Assembly: GCF_008189285.1 (NCBI RefSeq)
Contig: NZ_CP043315.1
Coordinates: 150,001-182,000, forward strand
Length of the DNA: 32,000 bases
Origin: Candidatus Saccharimonadota bacterium
GTDB taxonomy: Bacteria > Pseudomonadota > Alphaproteobacteria > CAJXXZ01 > 1604HC
Direction of reading: 5' to 3'
The notes beneath the pieces were generated by a model. That model did not search any database and was not told the origin of the DNA. It worked only from the letters and a program-made list of their open reading frames with translations. Shown here piece by piece: positions 1 through 9,321 of this stretch. Position 1 is the stretch's first letter. The number at the start of each line of letters is the position of its first letter. The position numbers and the translations under genes were made by a program.

Positions 1-1
1 T

Positions 2-853
2 CCACATTTTCTATTATCAATTATTTTTAATGCTCCTATTGAAAAGTTGGAGATAGGAATAAATGGATTTAGTGAAATGAATATTATACCATCTGGAATT
101 GCAATTTCCAGATTACACATTCATGCATTTGAATGTGATCTATACCTTCCTGCTTGTACGCTTTATAATCACCTCGTAGATTCAGATGAACTTCAATCTG
201 AATTTGGTCTTACTTTTGATGAATTAGAGGTTGAGTTAGCATATGAACTATTAGGTGCAAATGATTATGGAATAGAACATAAAATCATCAATGATTGTTT
301 TCAAGATGGCATTAATACCAACTTTTGCTTTTGTTATAGTGATAATGATAATGAATTAGATGATTTAGGAAAAAAAGAAGATTATAAACGCATGAATTTT
401 AGCAAAGAAATGAGACATGATCGTATCAATATTTTAAGTGTATCGATAGATATGCAGCAACATTTATTGCTAAGGAATATTATACAATTGGAATATATTG
501 CCATACTGCCAAAAGAGCTAATAATTGTAGGAGATCATGTAGATCTTTTAGATTTAAATAAGGAAGCATTTATACGTGGAGATTATTTTAGAAAAGGATT
601 GTTGGATTTTCCTTTTGTGCTTAATGCTGATAATGGAAGTGACACGCCTGCTAATTTTGCAAAACTCGAGGAGTTGGATTTGTTTTTTAGATTACTTAAA
701 GATGTATACTCAAAAATAGAGAGAAAAAGCGTAGAATGGACTAATGCATATATGAATAATAACGAGAATCTCTCTTCCTTTTCTTTCAGCAATCCAAAGC
801 CAATAGAAAATCTTTTGGAATATTACAATAATTTCGTTAAAAATAATTCATAA
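2..853 (+). CDS. hypothetical protein; 5' end probably lies outside the window
   Basis: The frame is open from nt 2 to the TAA at 851-853, with no stop between the window edge and the TTG at 47 used by the ORF track. The product is acidic and Cys-containing. I recognise no family motif. Confidence 0.5.
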   Translation, partial: PHFLLSIIFNAPIEKLEIGINGFSEMNIIPSGIAISRLHIHAFECDLYLPACTLYNHLVDSDELQSEFGLTFDELEVELAYELLGANDYGIEHKIINDCFQDGINTNFCFCYSDNDNELDDLGKKEDYKRMNFSKEMRHDRINILSVSIDMQQHLLLRNIIQLEYIAILPKELIIVGDHVDLLDLNKEAFIRGDYFRKGLLDFPFVLNADNGSDTPANFAKLEELDLFFRLLKDVYSKIERKSVEWTNAYMNNNENLSSFSFSNPKPIENLLEYYNNFVKNNS

Positions 854-871
854 GAAGCGATTTTTTGATTG

Positions 872-926
872 TTTTTGCAATAATTTTCTATAATTTCTAT
901 ATTTTTGCAATAATTTTCTATAATTT
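872..926. repeat. 25-bp direct repeat, two copies with a 30-bp period (tttttgcaataattttctataattt)
   Basis: Exact copies at 872-896 and 902-926. The second copy contains the birA stop codon (918-920 on the - strand) and the last codons of birA. Confidence 0.9.
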
Positions 927-1700
927 ATAACTTAAATTATCCTTTAATCTTAATCTTCCTTTATGAAAAGTTCTTCTTTCATTATTCGATTCAATAATTA
1001 TCATTCCATTTTTATCATAACCTTTAAATATTCCTTCAATTTCTTGATTTTCAATATGAAGAGTAATTTCCTGATTTAAATATGCAGAATATTTATTGAG
1101 TTTTTTGAGAAAGAAATTAATTCCATGATTAAGAAAATTATCCAAATAAGTCAATATTTCATCACAAATATCTTCAGTCAACTTCTCTATATCTATTTCG
1201 TGCTTCAAAATATCTTTCAAGCAAATTGAATTTTCAGCATGGGCAATATTTACATTAATCCCAATCCCAATAACAGCCAATTGATGCTCTTTGTATTTAT
1301 GTAAATCACATATCACGCCGCCCATTTTCTTATTATTATATAAAATATCATTAATCCACTTTACACTTATCTCAACATTGTAATTTTGCAAAATATCATG
1401 AATTAAAATAGTGAATATTTGAGTAAGATTTATAACATTGCATTTTTTTAATTTTACTATGCAGCTAAGGTATAAATTGCCTTCAGGAGAATGCCATGAG
1501 CGTCCATATTGTCCTCGCCCATCATTTTGTTTTTTTGCTTTAATTGCAATAAATTTATTTTCATTTAATATAGATTCAAGATTAATTTCTTCGTTATATT
1601 TTTCATGAATAATATCTTTAGCAATAATTTGAGTACTGTCAATTTGATCTAAGTTTATCAATAAAAATTTTTTGAAATTACTGAGACTTATTAAATTCAT
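918..1700 (-). CDS. birA: biotin--[acetyl-CoA-carboxylase] ligase, class I (no N-terminal DNA-binding domain)
   Basis: GRGQYGRSWHSPEGNLYLS matches the BirA motif GRGRxGRxWxSPxG. LDQIDSTQ lies near the N-terminus. At 260 aa it is too short to carry the wHTH repressor domain. Confidence 0.85.
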   Translation of the reverse strand: MNLISLSNFKKFLLINLDQIDSTQIIAKDIIHEKYNEEINLESILNENKFIAIKAKKQNDGRGQYGRSWHSPEGNLYLSCIVKLKKCNVINLTQIFTILIHDILQNYNVEISVKWINDILYNNKKMGGVICDLHKYKEHQLAVIGIGINVNIAHAENSICLKDILKHEIDIEKLTEDICDEILTYLDNFLNHGINFFLKKLNKYSAYLNQEITLHIENQEIEGIFKGYDKNGMIIIESNNERRTFHKGRLRLKDNLSYKL

Positions 1701-1775
1701 ATGTAAATTTTACACAATATCTGAATAATAGAAAGCGTATTATTGAAACGCGCAAGATGCATGATCACAATATGC

Positions 1776-1819
1776 GAGACATATTATTGCAATATATGAG
1801 ATATGTTATTGCAATATAT
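1776..1819. repeat. 22-bp tandem repeat x2 in the birA/gltX divergent intergenic region
   Basis: gagacatattattgcaatatat (1776-1797) is followed by gagatatgttattgcaatatat (1798-1819). 20 of 22 positions are identical, counted by hand. Confidence 0.85.
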
Positions 1820-1843
1820 TATATAGAATTTTACGATTAGTAT

Positions 1844-3121
1844 ATGTTATGCACTAGATTTGCCCCAAGCCCAACTGGATTATTACATTTGGGAAATGTT
1901 AGAACAGCTTTATTGTCATATTTATGGTCCATGAATAATAAAGGAAAATTCATATTACGTTTTGATGATACGGATAGAGTTGAAGAGGAATATATTAAAG
2001 CAATTAGAACAGATCTTGAATGGATGAATATTAAATTTGATAAAGAAATATTTCAATCAGAAAGAAATGCAATATATTCAAAATGGCTTGAAATTTGTAA
2101 AGAAAAAGGGATTGTATATCCAGCATATGAAACAAAAGAAGAGCTTGACCAACTGAGAGAGAAATTATCTAAAGAGAAAAAGCCTCCAGTGTTTAAAAAA
2201 TTCAATGCAAAGCAAGCAGATGACACAAATCCACATTGGAGATTTGAATTGCCGAGCATAAAAATTGAATGGAATGATGCAATTAGGGGAAAAATTTCTA
2301 TTAATCTGAAATCAGTCAGCGATCCAATTGTGCAAAAAAGTGACGGTTCATTTACTTATATGCTTACTAGCGTGATTGATGATATTGAGGAAAAAGTTTC
2401 TCATATTTTTCGAGGTGAAGATCATGTGACCAACACAGCAATTCAAATATACATGTTTGAGAGAATTGCTAATCATAAAGTAGAATTTGGTCATTTGCCT
2501 ATTTTGCTTAACAAAGGTGGGCAGCGAATGTCAAAAAGAAATAAAGATGAAAGTATTCAAGATTTAAGAAATGAAGGATTTTCCGCTATGACCCTTGCAA
2601 ATCAGATGCTGTTTATTGGAAAGAGCGAGTTTCATCTTTGTAAAACAATGGAAGAATTGAGCAAATATGCTGATTCTCAATTTTCTTCTTCACAGATTCG
2701 TTGGTCTAAAAAAGAAGCGTTAAAATTACAAAATAAATTTATTCAATCTTTAAGTCAAAATGAAGCTCATGGATATTTTGGAATAAACTTTGATAAATGG
2801 GAATTGATTAAAAGTGAAATTTCATTCAAGCAAGATTTAGAAGATTGGAAAAAGATTTTTGAAAATTGCGACGTAGTATCAGATGAAAAGATTAATTTTA
2901 AAGAACTGAATATAGATGAAAAAATATTTGAATTTGATAAAATGAATATTGACTGGAATAATTTTATAGCAAGCATTAGAGAATTAGAGCATGGGAAAAT
3001 TGTTATGAAAAAGATGAGAAGCATATTAACTGGGAAGAAATTTGGCCCATCAATGATTGAATTACTTGAAAATATAGATATTAAAATCCTTAAACATAGA
3101 TTTTATGCATCTATTGCATAG
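1844..3121 (+). CDS. gltX: glutamate--tRNA ligase (short form, 425 aa)
   Basis: RFAPSPTGLLHLGN is a HIGH-type motif and RMSKR is a KMSKS-type motif. The C-terminal LTGKKFGPSMIELL resembles the GluRS tail. It is longer than GluQ-RS, so I call it GluRS. Confidence 0.8.
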   Translation: MLCTRFAPSPTGLLHLGNVRTALLSYLWSMNNKGKFILRFDDTDRVEEEYIKAIRTDLEWMNIKFDKEIFQSERNAIYSKWLEICKEKGIVYPAYETKEELDQLREKLSKEKKPPVFKKFNAKQADDTNPHWRFELPSIKIEWNDAIRGKISINLKSVSDPIVQKSDGSFTYMLTSVIDDIEEKVSHIFRGEDHVTNTAIQIYMFERIANHKVEFGHLPILLNKGGQRMSKRNKDESIQDLRNEGFSAMTLANQMLFIGKSEFHLCKTMEELSKYADSQFSSSQIRWSKKEALKLQNKFIQSLSQNEAHGYFGINFDKWELIKSEISFKQDLEDWKKIFENCDVVSDEKINFKELNIDEKIFEFDKMNIDWNNFIASIRELEHGKIVMKKMRSILTGKKFGPSMIELLENIDIKILKHRFYASIA

Positions 3122-3143
3122 ATAAAAAATATTTCATGATGAA

Positions 3144-3287
3144 TTCTGAACTGTCAATATTGGTTTATAAGTTATTAAATTCTGAACTGTCAATATTGGT
3201 TTATAAGTTATTAAATTCTGAACTGTCAATATTGGTTTATAAGTTATTCAATGCTGAACTATTAAGATTGGCTTATAAGTTATTAAA
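3144..3287. repeat. 36-bp tandem array, 4 copies (2 identical, 1 with a single substitution, 1 more diverged)
   Basis: The unit is ttctgaactgtcaatattggtttataagttattaaa, at 3144, 3180, 3216 (1 substitution) and 3252 (several substitutions). Copies 1-3 contain the 8-bp palindrome caatattg. Copies abut with no spacers. Confidence 0.95.
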
Positions 3288-3298
3288 ATAAAATTAGC

Positions 3299-3334
3299 TT
3301 TGTAAAATAAGAAAAGTTTGTAAAATAAGAAAAG
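3299..3334. repeat. 18-bp tandem repeat x2 (tttgtaaaataagaaaag)
   Basis: Exact copies at 3299-3316 and 3317-3334, between the 36-bp array and glyA. Confidence 0.9.
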
Positions 3335-3429
3335 AATAATTCAACTGCTATAAGCAATAAATTCATTATAAAAAATAAATTATCGCAACTTGCTTGATAA
3401 AGATTATAATAATTCATAAAATTCGTTAT

Positions 3430-4656
3430 ATGAATGATTTTACATTGCATGGTTCTCGAGATCTTGAAACACATTCTCTGTTGGCACAAGAGCATGAAAA
3501 GCAAAATAATACTATCTCCTTAATCGCTTCAGAAAATCTTGCTTCAACTCAAGTTAGGCATGCTCAAAGCTCTGTTTTTACTAATAAATATGCTGAAGGA
3601 TATCCTGGGAAAAGATATTATGGAGGATGCGAGATAGCTGATAAGTTAGAGATTTTATGTCAGAAAAGGGCATGCGAATTATTTGGTGCAAAATATGCTA
3701 ATGTACAACCGCATTCTGGGTCTCAAGCAAATATGGCTGTGTTTAATGCTTTGCTTAAACCTGGAGATGTAATTCTTGGAATGGATTTATCTTCTGGAGG
3801 TCATTTGACACATGGATCTAAAGTAAATTTTTCTGGAAAAATATACAATTCAATTTCTTATGGATTAAGCGATGATGAGTTAATTGATATGAATCAAGTA
3901 AGGAAGATTGCTCTTGAACATAGCCCTAAAATGATTATTGCAGGAACATCAGCTTATAGTAGAGTTGTAGATTGGGAAGGATTTAGGAAAATTGCAGATG
4001 AAGTAAATGCTATTTTATTAGTTGATATGGCTCATGTAGCAGGATTAATTGCTGCAGGAGAATACCCAAATCCCGTAAATTTTGCAGATGTAGTCACGTC
4101 AACTACACACAAAACACTTAAAGGGCCTAGAGGTGGAATAATTTTAACAAATCACGAAAATATTTTTAAGAAGATTAATAGCGGGGTGTTTCCTGGAATT
4201 CAGGGAGGCCCTTTAATGCATATCATTGCCGCAAAATCCATTTGTTTTAATGACGCTTCATCAGACGAATTTAAAAATTATGCAAAGCAAGTGATATTAA
4301 ATAGCAAAGCGATGACAGAAGAATTATCCAAGAAATTTCAAATTGTTTCCCATGGAACTGACACACATTTATGTATAGTAAAATTAGATAATTGTTCAGG
4401 AAAAGAAGCAGAAAAATGGCTTTCAGATGCAGGGATTATTGTAAATAAAAATATGATCTACAAAGACACTAGAAGCCCAAGAGAAACTTCAGGAATAAGA
4501 ATCGGGACTCCATTATGCACTTCAAGAGGCTTTAATGAGAATGAATGTAAGCAAATAGCAAAATATATAATCGAGATAATTGATAGCAAGGGAGAAAAAA
4601 GCAGTGGAATTAGATTAAAAGTTGAAGAATTATGCAAATTACACCCAATAGCATAG
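3430..4656 (+). CDS. glyA: serine hydroxymethyltransferase
   Basis: Contains SLIASEN and TSTTHKTLKGPRGG (the PLP lysine). I set the start at ATG 3430 (MNDFTLHG...) rather than the TTG at 3394 in the ORF track, which adds a non-conserved I/K-rich extension. Confidence 0.93.
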   Translation: MNDFTLHGSRDLETHSLLAQEHEKQNNTISLIASENLASTQVRHAQSSVFTNKYAEGYPGKRYYGGCEIADKLEILCQKRACELFGAKYANVQPHSGSQANMAVFNALLKPGDVILGMDLSSGGHLTHGSKVNFSGKIYNSISYGLSDDELIDMNQVRKIALEHSPKMIIAGTSAYSRVVDWEGFRKIADEVNAILLVDMAHVAGLIAAGEYPNPVNFADVVTSTTHKTLKGPRGGIILTNHENIFKKINSGVFPGIQGGPLMHIIAAKSICFNDASSDEFKNYAKQVILNSKAMTEELSKKFQIVSHGTDTHLCIVKLDNCSGKEAEKWLSDAGIIVNKNMIYKDTRSPRETSGIRIGTPLCTSRGFNENECKQIAKYIIEIIDSKGEKSSGIRLKVEELCKLHPIA

Positions 4657-4676
4657 TTATTTCTGAATAAAATTTT

Positions 4677-4703
4677 GTTTAATCTGTTTAATCTGTTTAA
4701 TCC
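4677..4703. repeat. 9-bp tandem repeat x3 (gtttaatct)
   Basis: gtttaatct, gtttaatct, gtttaatcc, immediately downstream of the glyA stop. Confidence 0.85.
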
Positions 4704-4974
4704 GAAGAATTGCAATGAATAAAATTGCTGTAAAATCTCGATTTCTTTAAAAGCTTCAAAATCTTTAAAATAATTGCATAGAATTTAAAAGAATCATATA
4801 AATTAAAAAATGAATTAATCATAAGTTTATATAAGTTTGCATTTCAAATTCCAAACAAGATAAATATTTCAGTTTGGTGGAATATGAAGCTATATTTCAA
4901 GATTGATCAATAGGTATATATAATAATTTTGTAATTTATTTGAGTTATTGCTCTATTGATTGTAATATGTAATT

Positions 4975-7713
4975 ATGAAATATTTTGTTGCGTTACCTAA
5001 AACATCTTTTCCAATTAAATCTAAAGATAATAAAGAAATATTGGATTTTTGGTCTAAAATTTCTTTGTATAAGAAGTTGCACGAACGTGATGCTGAAAAG
5101 TTTTTGTTGCATGATGGACCTCCATTTGCAAATGGGTCTCCTCATATGGGTCATGCAGTAAATAAAATAATGAAGGATATCTTTAATCGTGGAAAAGCGA
5201 TGTTAGGATATAAAATTGATTATGTTCCTGGATGGGACTGCCATGGACTGCCAATTGAATCCGCAGTTGAAGCTGCATTACGCAAAGAAGGCAAAAGAAG
5301 ATCTGAATTAAGTGTTGAAGAATTCAGGATTATGTGCAAAGATTTTGCATCAAAATGGATTAAAGTTCAAAAAGATGGATTTGTTCAAATGGGAGTTATT
5401 GGAGATTTTGAAAATCCATATACAACCATGAAGAGTCAGTTAGAAATTTTGAAAGAATTTCATAAATTTGTCGCAGATGGACTAATATACAGAGGATCTA
5501 GGCCAGTTATGTGGTCATGTTCTGAAGCAACTGCGTTGGCTGAAGCTGAAGTAGAGTATTATGACAAGCAAAGCAATTCTATTGATGTAAAATTTGAGAT
5601 CACAAAAAGCAAAAATAAGAATTTAATTGGGTCTAAAATCGTTATTTGGACCACAACTCCATGGACATTGCCAGCAAATAGAGCAGTTGCATATGGTGCA
5701 GATTTTGAGTATGTGATCATAAAAACAGGAGAAGAAAAACTCATCATTGCAAAAGATTTATTGGATGAATTTTGCAAAAGATCATCGATAGATAAAAATA
5801 TTGCTGAAACAATTAATGGAAGTGATTTAGAGGAGTCTTTCTGCAAACATCCTATGTATGATTTAGGATTTGAAATGGAAGTCCCTGTTGTTGAAGGGCA
5901 TCATGTTTCTTTGGATCAAGGAACTGGATTTGTTCATATTGCTCCAAGTCATGGTGAAGAGGATTTTATAATAGGCAAGAAATATAATCTGGAAATTCCT
6001 GAATTAATAAATGAGCGAGGAAAATACAAGGAAAATGTTTCACTTATTGGCGGAAAAGATATTTTTGCTAGCGAGGAAATTATTATAGAAGAATTGCAAA
6101 AATTGAATATAATTGCATCTCATACAAAAATTACGCATTCTTATCCTCACTCCTGGAGATCTAGAAAGCCTTTGATTTACAGAGTAACTCCGCAGTGGTT
6201 TATCAATATCAAACAGATGAAGAAAAATGTTTTAGAAGTTGTAGATCAAGTTAATTGGATTCCAGATTTTGGAAAAATGCGATTTGTTTCTATGTTGGAG
6301 AATAGGGGAGATTGGTGTGTTTCTAGGCAGAGAATATGGGGCGTGCCTTTAGCTATTTTATATCACAAGGATACTGGAGAGATCCTGAAAGATGAAAATA
6401 TTCTGAATGAAATCCAAAATAGACTAGCTAAGGATGGAGTAGATAAATGGTGGAGCATTGCTAATGAGTATGTTGAAAAGTATCCAGATTACATTCCTGT
6501 ATATGATATTTTAGATGTTTGGTTTGAATCTGGAGCTAGCCAATCTTATGTTCTTGATGGAGAAGTTGCTGATGTTTATATTGAAGGATCTGATCAGCAT
6601 AGAGGTTGGTTTCAATCTTCTGCATTGCAGGCTTCAAGGGAAGTTGCAAAACTTCCATACAAGAATTTAATTACACATGGGTTTGTTGTAGATAAAAATG
6701 GAAGAAAGATGTCTAAATCCCTTGGTAATGGCGTAGACCCTATGGATATTATTGAGAAAAATGGGGCAGATTTGATCCGTTTATGGATTTCTAGTCAGAA
6801 TTATACTGAAGATATGAGGTGGAGTTTAGAGCATCTTAATCGCGTTAAAGATATGGAGAAAAGATTCAGAAACACAATTAAATATATGATTGGAAGCACT
6901 CAATTCGAATTTGGAGGAAATTATAAATCAATGCCTTTGCTTGAAAAGTGGATATTAAATAAATTGTATGTTTTGAATGAAGAGTTTAAGAGTTCAGTAA
7001 ATGAATTTACAACTTACAAATTCATCAGAAAGTTATTTTTGTTTTGCACTGTTGATTTATCTGCATTTTATTTTGATATAAGGAAAGATGTTTTGTATTG
7101 TGATGACATGAAGGATGAATCTCCAAAATTAGTTCGTTTAGTATTGAAAAATGTTTTGGATTGTTTGTTGAAATGGCTTGCTCCTACAATGAGTTTTGCA
7201 ACAGAAGAAGCGTGGAAGGCTATGGGTAATCAAGATTCAATTCATGAGCAAAAAATTATGGAATTAGATTCTTTATGGAAAAACAATGATGCAGAATTAG
7301 AAATTGCTAAATTGAGAGAAATAAGAAAATCAGTTACTTCAATATTGGAAAATATGAGAGAAGCTAAGGATATCAATTCAAGTCTAGAAACAGAAATTGC
7401 AATTATAACTAAAGATATAGATAAATCTCATGAAAATATTATGAAAGAGATATGCATTGTTTCTTCAGTGAAAATATTTAATGATATTCAAGAGTTTGAA
7501 CTTTATAATTTAAATTTGAATGATAAATTTGATATTAGTAAAATTGACAGCAACAAAACAGATGAGATGAGAGATCAAAATATCATTATTTTTGCTAAAA
7601 AAGCCACAGGAAATAAGTGTCCAAGATGCAAGAAAGTATTCATGAATATTGAAGAATTATGCGAAAGATGCGAAAAAGTATCTGAGCTGTACAAAGAAAA
7701 AGATTCTGCATAA
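4975..7713 (+). CDS. ileS: isoleucine--tRNA ligase (bacterial type 1 with C-terminal zinc knuckle)
   Basis: PPFANGSPHMGH (HIGH) and KMSKS are present. The CP1 editing motifs WTTTPWTLPAN and GTGFVHIAPSHGEEDF are intact. The C-terminus has CPRC...CERC. Confidence 0.95.
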   Translation: MKYFVALPKTSFPIKSKDNKEILDFWSKISLYKKLHERDAEKFLLHDGPPFANGSPHMGHAVNKIMKDIFNRGKAMLGYKIDYVPGWDCHGLPIESAVEAALRKEGKRRSELSVEEFRIMCKDFASKWIKVQKDGFVQMGVIGDFENPYTTMKSQLEILKEFHKFVADGLIYRGSRPVMWSCSEATALAEAEVEYYDKQSNSIDVKFEITKSKNKNLIGSKIVIWTTTPWTLPANRAVAYGADFEYVIIKTGEEKLIIAKDLLDEFCKRSSIDKNIAETINGSDLEESFCKHPMYDLGFEMEVPVVEGHHVSLDQGTGFVHIAPSHGEEDFIIGKKYNLEIPELINERGKYKENVSLIGGKDIFASEEIIIEELQKLNIIASHTKITHSYPHSWRSRKPLIYRVTPQWFINIKQMKKNVLEVVDQVNWIPDFGKMRFVSMLENRGDWCVSRQRIWGVPLAILYHKDTGEILKDENILNEIQNRLAKDGVDKWWSIANEYVEKYPDYIPVYDILDVWFESGASQSYVLDGEVADVYIEGSDQHRGWFQSSALQASREVAKLPYKNLITHGFVVDKNGRKMSKSLGNGVDPMDIIEKNGADLIRLWISSQNYTEDMRWSLEHLNRVKDMEKRFRNTIKYMIGSTQFEFGGNYKSMPLLEKWILNKLYVLNEEFKSSVNEFTTYKFIRKLFLFCTVDLSAFYFDIRKDVLYCDDMKDESPKLVRLVLKNVLDCLLKWLAPTMSFATEEAWKAMGNQDSIHEQKIMELDSLWKNNDAELEIAKLREIRKSVTSILENMREAKDINSSLETEIAIITKDIDKSHENIMKEICIVSSVKIFNDIQEFELYNLNLNDKFDISKIDSNKTDEMRDQNIIIFAKKATGNKCPRCKKVFMNIEELCERCEKVSELYKEKDSA

Positions 7714-7731
7714 TAATTTATGCATTTTTTT
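7707..7731 (+). terminator. weak candidate intrinsic terminator after ileS
   Basis: A 5-bp stem (tgcat 7707-7711 / atgca 7720-7724) encloses the TAA stop in its loop and is followed by a T7 run at 7725-7731. The stem is short and AT-rich. Confidence 0.3.
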
Positions 7732-8373
7732 GAATAAAGCTTTATAATATTTTAATTTTAATTGCTAGGTATAATTTCTCAATTGATAGTCATAATTTAT
7801 TTTTTTTTTTTGCTTTAATTTCAAAGTTGCGATTTTCTAATTTTAAAATCTTATTTTGTCTAAGTCAAAAATTACAATTCTAAAATTATTATCAATATCA
7901 ATCTAATAATATTATTTTATAATTTAATCTCAATCGCAACATAATTTCAAGCATTCAAATTTCTAATTTCATAATTGCAAAACTTCAAAATTTACTTACT
8001 TTAAAATAATTTCCAATTCATGATCTTGATTATAGCTATGGATTCAATTTAAAATTCCTATTGTTGTATGTTTAAAAATTCCAAACATGAATTTAAAATT
8101 ACTTTCAACATAATATGCTTATTTCCCCATCATAGCTCTAATGTTTGGATTTTTAATTTTAATTCAAAGCCTAAATCCTGATTCCAATGATATAAATTCC
8201 AAAATTTTACTTTAAAATTATTTTTTGAAAATCATTTTAAAATATTGACTGTATTATTTCTTCCTGTGATTTGAAGTTTGCAGTTTCTGATTTCAAGATT
8301 TTCAACTTTCAATTAATTATGCGTTTGAAAGCAATTATGCTAAAATGAAAACTCAACTATCTATGGAGTGTAA

Positions 8374-9321
8374 ATGAATAATCATAATAATATTTTTGAA
8401 TCATTTGATGTGGGGATTATAGGTTCTGGACCTGCTGGAATAAGTGCTGCATTATATTGCGCTAGAGCTAATCTGAAAGTTGTGGTATTTGAAGGGCCGC
8501 AACCAAAAGGTCAATTGATGACAACTACATCCATAGAAAATTATCCAGGATTTGATGAAGAAGATGCTAAATTATTGATGCAAAAAATGCATAAGCAAAT
8601 TCAAAACGCTGGATGTTTTTTAAAAAATGAAACTATTGAGAAGATAAATCCAAACAAAGGAAGTATTGAATTAAAATCAGAAAAAGCATTGTATAGCTGC
8701 AAATCAGTTGTTCTTGCAACTGGAGCTAAGGCAAAATATTTAGGATTGGATAGTGAATTTGATTATTTAGGATATGGGGTCTCTACTTGCGCAACATGCG
8801 ATGGTGCATTTTATAGAAATCTTGAAGTTGCAGTAGTTGGTGGTGGTAACACAGCAGTAGAAGAGGCTATATATCTTTCTAACATTGCTTCAAAAGTTCA
8901 TGTGATACATAGAAGAGAAACTTTTCGTGCAGAGCAAATTATGCAAAATAGAATGCTTGAAAAAGAAAATATTGTGATGCATTTAAATTGCACTTTGAAT
9001 GAAGTAATTGGAACCAAATCTCCAAAGCTTGTGACTGAGGCAAAAGTGCTGAATTTAATATCAAAAGAAATTACAAATCTTAAAATAGATGGAATTTTTA
9101 TTGCCATAGGCCATTCTCCTCAAACTGATTTGGTTAAAGGTTTAGTTGAGCTTGATAGCAGTGGATATGTTGCGTCGAACAATGTGAAGACAGAAATTCC
9201 TGGATTATTTGTTGCTGGAGATGTAGTTGATCAAGTTTACAGGCAAGCAATTACATCTGCAGGGCAGGGATGCATCGCAGGAATTGAGTCAATTAAATAT
9301 ATACAAGAAAATTTTAAATAG
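8374..9321 (+). CDS. trxB: thioredoxin-disulfide reductase
   Basis: GSGPAG (FAD), the CATCDG redox-active disulfide and GGGNTAVEEA (NADPH) are all present. Confidence 0.93.
   Translation: MNNHNNIFESFDVGIIGSGPAGISAALYCARANLKVVVFEGPQPKGQLMTTTSIENYPGFDEEDAKLLMQKMHKQIQNAGCFLKNETIEKINPNKGSIELKSEKALYSCKSVVLATGAKAKYLGLDSEFDYLGYGVSTCATCDGAFYRNLEVAVVGGGNTAVEEAIYLSNIASKVHVIHRRETFRAEQIMQNRMLEKENIVMHLNCTLNEVIGTKSPKLVTEAKVLNLISKEITNLKIDGIFIAIGHSPQTDLVKGLVELDSSGYVASNNVKTEIPGLFVAGDVVDQVYRQAITSAGQGCIAGIESIKYIQENFK

Noticed and set aside
1701-1843. BirA operator (bioO-like) in the birA upstream region
   Set aside because: The encoded BirA is a 260-aa class I ligase without the wHTH repressor domain. The repeat here is direct, not the long inverted repeat expected of bioO.
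3144-3287. Possible CRISPR array (regular 36-bp repeats)
   Set aside because: The repeat units abut directly with no unique spacers between them, there are only four copies, and no cas genes are in the window. It is a plain tandem repeat.
3394-3429. N-terminal extension of glyA from the TTG at 3394
   Set aside because: The extra 12 residues (MIKIIIIHKIRY) are not SHMT-like. ATG 3430 gives an N-terminus of normal length relative to the SLIASEN motif.
3283-3504. 73-aa minus-strand ORF spanning the repeat region and the glyA 5' end
   Set aside because: It overlaps the glyA start and the 18-bp tandem repeats. Its composition is that of translated AT-rich spacer, and it has no motif or plausible ribosome-binding site.
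4657-4974. T-box or attenuator-type leader upstream of ileS (and a similar idea upstream of thrS)
   Set aside because: I could find no specifier-loop or T-box consensus and no stable alternative GC-containing helices. Such leaders are characteristic of Firmicutes rather than this kind of genome.
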